From NCBI GenBank assembly GCA_963767925.1, contig CAVYGB010000002.1, positions 416,001 to 480,000 on the forward strand: a stretch of 64,000 bases of DNA, read 5' to 3'. Positions 39,286 through 48,039 of this stretch are shown here, piece by piece. The position numbers and the translations under genes are program-made. The stretch comes from an uncultured delta proteobacterium. Its GTDB lineage: Bacteria; Myxococcota_A; Polyangia; Fen-1088. The notes beneath the pieces are model-generated. The model saw only the letters and a list, made by a program, of their open reading frames with translations, made no database searches and was not told where the DNA came from. Each line of letters starts with the position of its first letter. The first letter of the stretch is position 1.

Positions 39286-41289
39286 GTGACCGCACCAGGC
39301 TTTCGACTGACCACGGCCCTGATGTTGGTGTCTTTCCTCGGCTGCCTCTCGCAGCCAAATCGGTACGCCGGCGATCCCGCGCAGCTCTTTCCCGACGCCT
39401 CCGCGCCGAGGGCGACCTCGGACGGGCCCGCGCCGTCCGGCCAAACAGGTTGTGTCCCGGCTGCGCCCTGTGTCCTCCCGGACAAGCCGTGCATCGCCGG
39501 AGCAACGATCTGCGAAGGGGACGGCACATCGAGATGTGGAGAGACAGCCTCCTTGCGGCCGAACGGCACTGCGTGTGGCGGAGGGGATTCGGTCTGCTCC
39601 GACGGCGTTTGCAGCGCCTGCAAAGCAGGTCTCGATTGCCAGCTCCCCGGTCAGCCATGCCGCCGCGGCGCGATCGACTGCGCCTCGGGAAGACCCGAAT
39701 GTGTTGAATCCGGCCTCGCACCCAACGGCCTCGAATGCGGTCAGCCGATGATGGTGTGCCAGGAGGGGGCTTGCGCGAGCTGCACGGCCGGAAGCCCATG
39801 TGTGCCGACCAACCCCTGTCACGAAGGCACCCTGACCTGCAGTGGGACGGTATCGTGTACCGACTCGGGTGTCTCCAGGCCGCCAGGAAGCGCTTGCGGC
39901 ACCGGCATGGTGTGCGATCCGAGCGGAGCCTGCGTCTCTTGTAGCAGTGGAATGGCCTGCGACCTTCCGAGCACTGAACCCTGCAAGATCGGAACGATCG
40001 AATGCAGCGGTGGCGGTCCCAAGTGCGCCGCCTCGGGCAACGCGCCGAATGGGAAGGCGTGCGGCAGCGGGCGCGTTTGTCGCGACGGAGCGTGCGAAGT
40101 ATGCAGCGATGGGATGCCCTGCACCCCTGAGGGAAACCGCTGTCATCGCGGAACCCTCACGTGCAGCAGTGGCAATCCGGTGTGCGCCGACAGCGGGGCC
40201 AACGTCCCCGACGGCATGATGTGCGGCACGAACCAGTTCTGCAGGGAGGGCAACTGTCAGGCGTGCACGCCGGGAGTCGCCTGCTCCCCAGAAGGCAACC
40301 CCTGTCGCACGGGACGGACCTCGTGCACCACCGGATCGTCTCGTTGCGAGGCCTCCGGGAATGTTCAGGACGGGCGCAGCTGCGGAGAGCGTATGTTCTG
40401 CCGCGGAGGCGACTGCCAGTTCTGTAACCAGGGCGCGCCCTGCAATCCTTCGAATTCCTGCAAAACAGGAAGTATCTCGTGCTCGACCGGGTCCGAGGCC
40501 TGCGCCGAGTCGGCCAACGTCCGGGACGGAACCAGCTGCGGCGCAAACAGGGAGTGTGCCGCCGGCGGATGCCAGGACTGCGGACGCGACAACGACCGCT
40601 GCTGCAGTGGAAACCAGTGCCGAAGCGGAAACTTCGAATGCCGTGGCAACCAGTGCGTACGACGCTGTGGACCTGCGGACGGACAGTGCCCAGCCGGCTG
40701 TAGCTTCAACCAGGACGACGACTGCAAGCGACCGAACGGACAGGGTTGCGGCGCCGATAGCCAGTGCCAGAGCAACAGCTGCGCCGGCGGAGTCTGCTGC
40801 AACGGCGGCCAGAATGGCTGCGGTGGCCGGTGCGTGGGAAACAACGACGTGAATGCCTGCGGAGCGAGCTGCATCGACTGCCCCGAACCCGACCGATCGA
40901 CCGCTCAGTGTGCCAACGGCCGCTGCGACTTCAGATGCGACAGCGGCTTCATGAAGTCCGGCGGCGGCTGTGTCCCGCAATGTGGAAACCGCGGCCAACG
41001 CTGCTGCGGCGGCGCCTGCCCCGGCGCCGGCAACCTCCAGTGCATCAACGACAGCTGCGTCGCGTGCAACTGTCGCGCAGATCAGGTCTGCCAACCGAAC
41101 GGAACCTGCCTCTCCGAGGTGAACGGTATCTGCCAGCGAGACTCAGACTGCGCGCCACGACCATCCGACAGGCCCGCCCTCATCTGCGGCGGACTCTGCC
41201 TCTTCGCCAAGACATTCTGCATAGTCGACGACGACTGCCTCATCGGCGACGAATGCCCCCCCTCCGGCCGCGTCTGCACCGAGGAGTAG
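39286..41289 (+). CDS. Cys-rich repeat lipoprotein
   Basis: FLGC lipobox; seven ~53-aa repeats with 8 Cys each, then further Cys-rich modules; more A/T-ending codons than neighbours. Confidence 0.85.
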   Translation: MTAPGFRLTTALMLVSFLGCLSQPNRYAGDPAQLFPDASAPRATSDGPAPSGQTGCVPAAPCVLPDKPCIAGATICEGDGTSRCGETASLRPNGTACGGGDSVCSDGVCSACKAGLDCQLPGQPCRRGAIDCASGRPECVESGLAPNGLECGQPMMVCQEGACASCTAGSPCVPTNPCHEGTLTCSGTVSCTDSGVSRPPGSACGTGMVCDPSGACVSCSSGMACDLPSTEPCKIGTIECSGGGPKCAASGNAPNGKACGSGRVCRDGACEVCSDGMPCTPEGNRCHRGTLTCSSGNPVCADSGANVPDGMMCGTNQFCREGNCQACTPGVACSPEGNPCRTGRTSCTTGSSRCEASGNVQDGRSCGERMFCRGGDCQFCNQGAPCNPSNSCKTGSISCSTGSEACAESANVRDGTSCGANRECAAGGCQDCGRDNDRCCSGNQCRSGNFECRGNQCVRRCGPADGQCPAGCSFNQDDDCKRPNGQGCGADSQCQSNSCAGGVCCNGGQNGCGGRCVGNNDVNACGASCIDCPEPDRSTAQCANGRCDFRCDSGFMKSGGGCVPQCGNRGQRCCGGACPGAGNLQCINDSCVACNCRADQVCQPNGTCLSEVNGICQRDSDCAPRPSDRPALICGGLCLFAKTFCIVDDDCLIGDECPPSGRVCTEE

Positions 41290-41484
41290 CGACGCCGAGG
41301 CAGATGTCAGCCGCCTCCTCGCCTACCGCTGCGAGGAACATGGCGGGCGCCCCATACGACCCCGCGTATTCCGGCCGATCTGGCGTTCGTTCGTTCCGGA
41401 AGGATCTGCGCGTTCACAAGGGGGGGCGAATCGGTCGGTGGACGGCAACCGCGATGGCGCCCGCCGACAGCGTGTGGCCTCCGG

Positions 41485-42364
41485 TCAGGTTGGCGAGGAG
41501 TCGCTTGTTAGCTGCGGCGTGACGGGGCGGTCGGGGCGACGGCGGATCCAGACTTGGCCGTCGGGGGGAGGGGTGAGGACGTGGGTCAGGGGGGCGCCGC
41601 GCGAGGGGGGCGCTTCGCCGGTGGGGTCCACGACGGTCGACAGCATGCCTGCCGCCTCCACTTCGTCGCCGGGCGCGAGGGTGACTTCGCTGAACGGTGA
41701 GCTGGGCCAGAAGCGCGACTTCCGTACGGCCGCGCCGAGCGATCGCAGGGTCTCGGGTGGCAAGTCGGTGACTGCTCTGGGTTGGTCGTCGACGAGCAGG
41801 TCCTCTGGGTGCAGGCGGACCGAGCGGCCGTCGGGCAGTCGGACGCGGAAGGGGACGCCGCGGATCTCCTCGCGGGCGGTGGCGCTCGGGCGCTCGTTGC
41901 GCCCGCTCTCATGGAACATGCTCCGCATACACGACCGGGCGGGCCGAGCCGGGCGTGGGGAACGCGTCCTGCGAGGCCTCGATGGTGCCGGCGATCCGCA
42001 CCACCTGTGGCGCCGGCGTGGGGCCAACTCGCTCGAGCAACGGGATCCGACCGAACCGGCGCGCTCGCCGCCAGCGCTTGACGACCTTCCGCATGTCGAA
42101 AGATGAAGTCACGAGGAACATGAGCAGCGCCACCGGGAGGTCGTCCGGGGCGATGAGGAGCGCGAAGATCGTGACGCCACCGAGGACCAGACCATAAGGC
42201 TTGAGATAGGCCTTCGGGCTCAGGTTCGACTCGAAGATCTCCCCCGCCAGCCCCCACCGCACACGAACACGGGGGCCGAACGAATCAGCCGCGGCCAACG
42301 CTGTCGCGGCCGGCGACGCTGCAGGGACGACGAGCGCCCCGCCCCAATCAGACGGGCTGTCCAT
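41485..42364 (-). CDS. Hypothetical membrane protein; apparent frameshift near 41925
   Basis: Two overlapping ORFs (41909-42364 with 2 TM segments; 41485-42027 with EVTLAPGDEVEAAG) appear to form one gene. Confidence 0.5.
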
Positions 42365-42667
42365 CTCCGCGACTATACACCCCTCGCGGACAGGGTTTGG
42401 TGCAGCGGCGCCGGCTCGTCACCTATCGTCGGTCGTCTGGAACGTGATTGGGGCACATGTCGTGGCGGGCCGAAAACGCCGAGGACTGTCTCGAGCAGGT
42501 CGAGCTGCCCTACAAAAGGACGCTCATCACGCCGGCCGACCTGGGAGCCATGCGACGCCGGGGAGGGAGGTCCCCACCCCCTCCCCGGGGGCGGTCTACA
42601 TCTTCTCTGCCCTTGGAACTTGATTGGGGCACATGTTGGTGGAGGGAAGGCCCCCCCCGCCCCCAGG

Positions 42668-43978
42668 TCAGCGGGGGACGATGGGGCGGGTGCAGTTGCT
42701 TACGGCGGGGATGTCTTCGAAGCGGTAGTCGCGGATGCGCCACCAGCGGGTGCTGGCTTCGGCGGTCTGGCCGGCGGCGTTGAACTGGATGAGGCCGGAG
42801 AGGCCGATGTATTCGATCTCCTGGCCTTCTTGCAGGAGGGCCAGGCCGCGGGCGATCTCGTTCCAGAGGACGACCTGGCCGCCGGGGCGGGTGACGGCGA
42901 CGATGTGGCCGGGGAGGGTGCGCTCGTCGGGGATGGCGGCTTCGCCATCCCCGACGAGCGCACCCTCCCCGTTGCCTGCAGCGCCACCCTTGCCGTCCTG
43001 GAAGAGGGCGCGTTGCAGGGCCAGGACGGCGATGACGCCGGCGTCGTAGAAGGCGTAGGCGTCGTCGAGGGGGGCGTCTTGCCAGCGGGCGGAGAAGCGT
43101 TCGCGGAAGTCGGCGGAGCCGGCGGCGGTGCCGGAGGTGACGCCGCGGGCGCCGTTGAAGGTGCCGCGGGGGATCGACTCGAGGAAGGCGGGGGTATGCA
43201 GGGTTGGCGACAGGTACCAGCGTTCGGGCTCGAGCTTGCCGAGGGCGGCCAGGGCGGAGACCAGGGATGAGGCGGAGGCGGGGGAGGCGGCCAGGATGTA
43301 AGAGTCGGCGGTGGCGGAGGTGATGCGCTGGAGGATCTGGTCGGTCGAGGCGGGATCGTTGGAGAGGATGGTCTTCGACAGGCCGTAGAGCAGGCCCAGC
43401 TCCCAGACCAGGGTGTTGTTCTGCCCGTCGGGGTTGGTGATCAGCAGCGGCTGCCGGCGGTTGTCGACGGCCTGCTGGGCCATCAGCTCGCAGGCCAGGC
43501 GGGCGGTGCTGGGGCCCATGATGAACCAGCTGGCCGGTTTCCACTTCACGTCGGAGGTGGTGTTCAAGCTGGGGAGGATGACCGTACGGTCGATCAGGGT
43601 GGCGCGCAGGTGGGCGGTGAGGTCGGTGTTGTCGGGGCCGATGAACAGCTTCACGCCGGCGGCCAGCAGCTCCTGGGCGGGGGGGCCCACCAGCTCGGCC
43701 GAGCTGCCGGTGTCGCGGGCCAGGACCTGGATCGGCTGGCCGTTCACGCCCCCTGCCTGGTTGGCGCTCTCGATGGCCAGCAGCAGGGCCCGCTCCGAGC
43801 TGATGCTGCTGGCGGCCAGGTGCCCGGAGTACGACAGCAGCAGGCCGATCGACAGCCCGCCCCCGGGCGGCCCTGCCTGCTGCTGGCAGGCGCCCAGCAC
43901 GAGCAGCGCGGCCAGGGCGATCGCCGTCAGGGCCGCCTTGAGCCCCGCCGCGCCCGACCGCACCCCCACGCGCCCCAC
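42668..43978 (-). CDS. Type 1 periplasmic-binding lipoprotein (LivJ/Peripla_BP_6-like)
   Basis: LGAC lipobox, IGLLLSYSG, ANQAGGVNGQPI..LARDT, YDAGVI..LA, YIGLSGLIQFNAAG. Confidence 0.88.
   Translation of the reverse strand: MGRVGVRSGAAGLKAALTAIALAALLVLGACQQQAGPPGGGLSIGLLLSYSGHLAASSISSERALLLAIESANQAGGVNGQPIQVLARDTGSSAELVGPPAQELLAAGVKLFIGPDNTDLTAHLRATLIDRTVILPSLNTTSDVKWKPASWFIMGPSTARLACELMAQQAVDNRRQPLLITNPDGQNNTLVWELGLLYGLSKTILSNDPASTDQILQRITSATADSYILAASPASASSLVSALAALGKLEPERWYLSPTLHTPAFLESIPRGTFNGARGVTSGTAAGSADFRERFSARWQDAPLDDAYAFYDAGVIAVLALQRALFQDGKGGAAGNGEGALVGDGEAAIPDERTLPGHIVAVTRPGGQVVLWNEIARGLALLQEGQEIEYIGLSGLIQFNAAGQTAEASTRWWRIRDYRFEDIPAVSNCTRPIVPR
42910..42971. repeat. Perfect 29-bp inverted repeat with 4-nt loop inside a coding sequence
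   Basis: CGGGGAGGGTGCGCTCGTCGGGGATGGCG-GCTT-CGCCATCCCCGACGAGCGCACCCTCCCCG. Confidence 0.9.
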
Positions 43979-44053
43979 ATGTGATACATCGACCCCTCCC
44001 GGGCGGACCTTGAGCGGCGCGGTCTCCTGGAGCGCCGCACGGTTGGCCGAGCG

Positions 44054-44757
44054 GCCGGAGACCCCTCACCCCTCCCTCTCCCCGCTGCCGCGGGGCGAGG
44101 GCGAACGGTCACGGCGGTGCACAGATCTCCGGCCAATCCGCCGTCAGGCACCTCTCGGAGGATGACCGGCGCCGGAGACCCCTCACCCCTCCCTCTCCCC
44201 GCTGCCGCGGGGCGAGGGCGAACGGTCACGGCGGTGCACAGATCTCCGGCCAATCCGCGCGTCAGGCACCTCTCGGAGGATGACCGGCGCCGGAGACCCC
44301 TCACCCCTCCCTCTCCCCGCTGCCGCGGGGCGAGGGCGAACGGTCACGGCGGTGCACAGATCTCCGGCCAATCCGCCATCAGGCACCACTCGGAGGATGA
44401 CCGGCGCCGGAGACCCCTCACCCCTCCCTCTCCCCGCTGCCGCGGGGCGAGGGCGAACGGTCACGGCGGTGCACAGATCTCCGGCCAATCCGCGCGTCAG
44501 GCACCTCTCGGAGGATGACCGGCGCCGGAGACCCCTCACCCCTCCCTCTCCCCGCTGCCGCGGGGCGAGGGCGAACGGTCACGGCGGTGCACAGATCTCC
44601 GGCCAATCCGCCGTCAGGCACCACTCGGAGGATGACCGGCGCCGGAGACCCCTCACCCCTCCCTCTCCCCGCTGCCGCGGGGCGAGGGCGAACGGTCACG
44701 GCGGTGCACAGATCTCCGGCCAATCCGCCGTCAGGCACCACTCGGAGGATGACCGGC
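44054..44757. repeat. Tandem array of 6 x 117/118 bp units, each with one REP-like hairpin
   Basis: Units start at 44054, 44171, 44289, 44406, 44524 and 44641; they differ at only a few positions. Confidence 0.97.
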
Positions 44758-44760
44758 CCG

Positions 44761-47262
44761 TCAGTAACTGACGCGGAGGCCGGCCTGGCCGAGGATGCCG
44801 GCCTGGGGGACGCGGGGGGCGGCTTGCTGGCTCACGGGGCCGCCAGGGCGGTAGTAGTGGCGGTCGAGCACGTTCTGGACGCGGGCCCAGATCTGGAAGT
44901 TGTCGGTCTCCCAGACTGCCGAGACGTTGAGCAGGAAAAACGGGGGCAGGCCGGTCGCCACAAGGTTCGAGTCGCCGACGTCGGTGCGCATGCGGGTGCG
45001 GCTGTACCAGACCGCGGTGGGGACCACGAACAGGCGGCGCAGGGGCTGGAGCTGGAAGCCGCCCTTGATCTGGTGGGCGGCCTGGTTGGCGAGGTAGTCG
45101 GTGGTGCTGCCGGTGCCGGTGCGGGTCGGCGTCTCGATCTGGCGGCCCAGGGCCAGGGCGTAGCTGGCCCAGGGGCGCAGCCACTCGCCGATGTCGGCGG
45201 TCAGCACCACCTCGCCGCCGTAGGCCCGCACCTTGCCCCCGTTTTCGCTGGTCAAGATGTTGAGCCCCCGCGGGATTGTGAGAGCAGGCAGGTCGGGGAA
45301 GGCGGGTGTGTAGGGCACGTCGACCAGGGTGGTCAGCCGCCGCTGCCGCAGCAGATAGTTGTCGTTGGCGGTGTGGAAGGCCGAGACGTCGAGCAGCAGG
45401 CGCTTTTGCAGCAGCACCGCCGCGACGCCGAGCTCGAGGGTGAGGTAGTCCTCCGGGCGCAGCTCGGTGTTGGGGATGGCGCCGATGGTGTCGGTGCCGG
45501 GGAAGGCCTTGTTGTTGAACCCCTCGAACTGATAGGCGGGGGCGGGCACCAGGTAGGCCCGGGCGGCGCTGGCCCGGAAGGTGAAATCGTCGATGGGCGA
45601 GACGGTGATCCCCACCCGCGGGTTGAAGGCCGGCTTGTAGTGCCAGACCTTGTCGACGCTGATCCCCGCCACCAGGTTGACCCGCTCGAAGGCCTCGTAC
45701 TGGGCCTGGAAGTAGCCGCCGAGGGCGTGGAAGTTCACCTCGCCGTTGGGGACCGCCGGGTTGGTCTGGTAGGTGAGCGGGTAACGCAGGTTGGCCGGCT
45801 GGCCGGTGACAGTGGAGATCTTGGTGAGGCTGTAGATGTCCTCGAAGCGGAAGCCCAGCACGAGCTGCAGCTTGTGGCCCAGGGGGCTGCTGGTGTGGAC
45901 CAGCTCCTGCGCGGCACCCATGCGGATGCTGCGGAACATCTTGTAGTCCTTGCGGGTGTAGCTCATGCCCGCGTCGAAGAAGTTGTTGATGAACTGGGTC
46001 TTGGGGTCGCACTGCTGGTGGGTGTAGGTCAGCAGGGTGCGCAGCACGAGCTGGTGGCTCAGCGCCAGCTCGTGGGTCAGGCCGACGTTGTCCTGGTACC
46101 AGGCCCACGTGTTCTCCTTCGAGAACTCGAACAGCGGCGGCAGAAAGCCCATCGCCGACTGCTCCTCGCTGTAGATGCGCAGGTAGTGCAGGCGGGTCTC
46201 CGCCCCCAGGTTGGCCAGCACGGCCAGGTGGTACGAGATCGAGGGCGCCTCCCAGACCGGATTGCCCCGGCCATCGAGCTGGCCCCCCTGGCGCACGTAT
46301 TCGGGCGCGCGCAGCGAGGCGTAATATTCGCCGTAGTCGCGCAGGAGGTCGGGCCCGTCGCTCCGGTGAAAGGCGCCGTCGACCCGCACGTTGAGCTGGT
46401 TGATCCGGAAGCCGGTGGCCAGATCGGCCTCCACCGTGTTGTACAGGCCATAGCCGGCGGTCCCCTCGACGACGTGCCCGTCGAGATCGTTCCAGTCCTT
46501 GGGCACGATGTTGATCACCGCCGACACGGCGTCGGCGCCGTACAGGGCGGAGGCGGGGCCGTAGATCAGCTCGACCCGCTTGACGTTGGCCAGCGACCAG
46601 TTGTGCCGGCCGAAGATGAAGTCCTTGCCCTCGGGCGAGGTGATCTTGTGGCCGTTGTAAAGGACGAGGATCTTGTTGTTTTGCCAGATGCCCCGCACGA
46701 TGACGTGGGCCCCCGTCTCGGCCTCCACGTAATTCATGGTCTGCAGGCCGGGCAGGTCCTCGAGCAGCTCGATCAGGTAGCGGTAGCCGCGGCGCCGGAT
46801 CTGCTCGTCGGTCACCACCTCGACCCGGTTGGGGATCTGCAAGATCGGGGTCAACGTCTTTGTCGCGGCCTCGAGCCGCTGGTTGATGAGCTGCTCGAGC
46901 GACATGCCCGACACCACGGCCAGATCGTCGCGGGCGGGCGGGGGCCGCTCGGGCGACGGCTCCGGCTCCTCGGGGGGCAAGGCCTCGACCGGCGCGCTGG
47001 CCGGATCCTCTTCCGGGGGGGCGAGCGGGGCGACGGGGGGCGGGTCCTGGGCCCGCCGCGCAGGGAAGAGGGGCAAGCCCGGGCGCAGGTCGCTCACGAC
47101 CCGGGCCGACCGGTGATCGGGCGGCAGCGAGGACGCGGGCGTGGGGGACGCCGGATCGGGACCCTGCCCGGCGCGCGCCAGGCTGGACCCCTGCCCCAGC
47201 ACGGCGACGGCGAGGGTGCAGGCGAGCGCGTGCGCCCGGCTGCGGTCCTTTGGCGATCTCAT
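44761..47262 (-). CDS. TonB-dependent receptor
   Basis: Signal peptide, Pro-rich linker, MSLEQL, plug motif RVELIYGPASALYGADAVSAVINI, NPRVG, VQNVLDRHYY, terminal aromatic residue. Confidence 0.92.
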   Translation of the reverse strand: MRSPKDRSRAHALACTLAVAVLGQGSSLARAGQGPDPASPTPASSLPPDHRSARVVSDLRPGLPLFPARRAQDPPPVAPLAPPEEDPASAPVEALPPEEPEPSPERPPPARDDLAVVSGMSLEQLINQRLEAATKTLTPILQIPNRVEVVTDEQIRRRGYRYLIELLEDLPGLQTMNYVEAETGAHVIVRGIWQNNKILVLYNGHKITSPEGKDFIFGRHNWSLANVKRVELIYGPASALYGADAVSAVINIVPKDWNDLDGHVVEGTAGYGLYNTVEADLATGFRINQLNVRVDGAFHRSDGPDLLRDYGEYYASLRAPEYVRQGGQLDGRGNPVWEAPSISYHLAVLANLGAETRLHYLRIYSEEQSAMGFLPPLFEFSKENTWAWYQDNVGLTHELALSHQLVLRTLLTYTHQQCDPKTQFINNFFDAGMSYTRKDYKMFRSIRMGAAQELVHTSSPLGHKLQLVLGFRFEDIYSLTKISTVTGQPANLRYPLTYQTNPAVPNGEVNFHALGGYFQAQYEAFERVNLVAGISVDKVWHYKPAFNPRVGITVSPIDDFTFRASAARAYLVPAPAYQFEGFNNKAFPGTDTIGAIPNTELRPEDYLTLELGVAAVLLQKRLLLDVSAFHTANDNYLLRQRRLTTLVDVPYTPAFPDLPALTIPRGLNILTSENGGKVRAYGGEVVLTADIGEWLRPWASYALALGRQIETPTRTGTGSTTDYLANQAAHQIKGGFQLQPLRRLFVVPTAVWYSRTRMRTDVGDSNLVATGLPPFFLLNVSAVWETDNFQIWARVQNVLDRHYYRPGGPVSQQAAPRVPQAGILGQAGLRVSY

Positions 47263-47519
47263 CCGGTGGCTTCCTCCGTGAAGGTGAAGGTCGAGGGAAA
47301 TGGACCTGCGACGCCGGCGGAGAAGCGCACGGCGCGGGGGCCGCGCGACTTCATCACGGGGTCCGCGAACTTTCAAGGACCGGGCCTATCGTCGTGGAGG
47401 CTGGCGTACACTCGGTCGGACGCCGTCGGATTCGACCCCCCGGGCAGCGCGGCAGACCCGGCCCGGCGGCTAAGCTTGCCGGGGGGTTCGGCCGACTGTT
47501 CTGGGGTGGGGGCGGGCGC

Positions 47520-47978
47520 ATGACCGGTCAGGACGGACAGGACAGCAGCAAGGATCTGATCCTGGTCGTCGAGGACGACAACAACGACGAGTTCCTGACC
47601 CTGCGCACCTTGCGAAAGTTGAGGCTGGCCAACGAGGTCATCGTCATGCGCGACGGGGCCGAGGCGATCGACTTCCTGTTCGCCCAGGGCGCCTTCGCCG
47701 ACCGGGGCCCCGCGCCCCTGCCCCGCCTCGTGCTGCTCGACCTCAAGCTGCCCAAGCTGAGCGGCCTGGACGTGCTGCGGACCATCCGCGCCGAGCCCCG
47801 CTTCCAGGAGCTGCCGGTGGTGGTTTTCACCTCCTCCTCCGAGGACCCCGACATCGAGGCGGCCTACCAGCACGGGGCCAACAGCTACGTTACCAAGCCC
47901 GTCGACCACGAGAGCTTCATCAAGACGGTGACCAACGTGGGCCTTTACTGGATGGTCACCAACCGCATCCGCTCCTGA
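47520..47978 (+). CDS. Single-domain response regulator (Rcp1-like)
   Basis: ILVVEDD, LVLLDLKLPKLSG, FTSS, GANSYVTKPVD, GLYW. Confidence 0.93.
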   Translation: MTGQDGQDSSKDLILVVEDDNNDEFLTLRTLRKLRLANEVIVMRDGAEAIDFLFAQGAFADRGPAPLPRLVLLDLKLPKLSGLDVLRTIRAEPRFQELPVVVFTSSSEDPDIEAAYQHGANSYVTKPVDHESFIKTVTNVGLYWMVTNRIRS

Positions 47979-48039
47979 CCCCGGGCGACCCGACCGACCC
48001 GGTCGCCTTGCCGGCCGGATTGGTTCACCATGGACCCGG

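Noticed and set aside
44054..44757. CRISPR array
   Set aside because: The segments between hairpins are near-identical rather than unique spacers, the period is 117 bp, and no cas genes are present.
47263..47519. Cobalamin riboswitch upstream of the TonB-dependent receptor
   Set aside because: No B12-box or GGGAA/GCCACTG core motifs are visible on the minus strand.
44515..47523. 1002-aa plus-strand ORF and similar long antisense ORFs across the window
   Set aside because: These are antisense shadows of real genes, expected in very high-GC DNA, and show no recognisable motifs.
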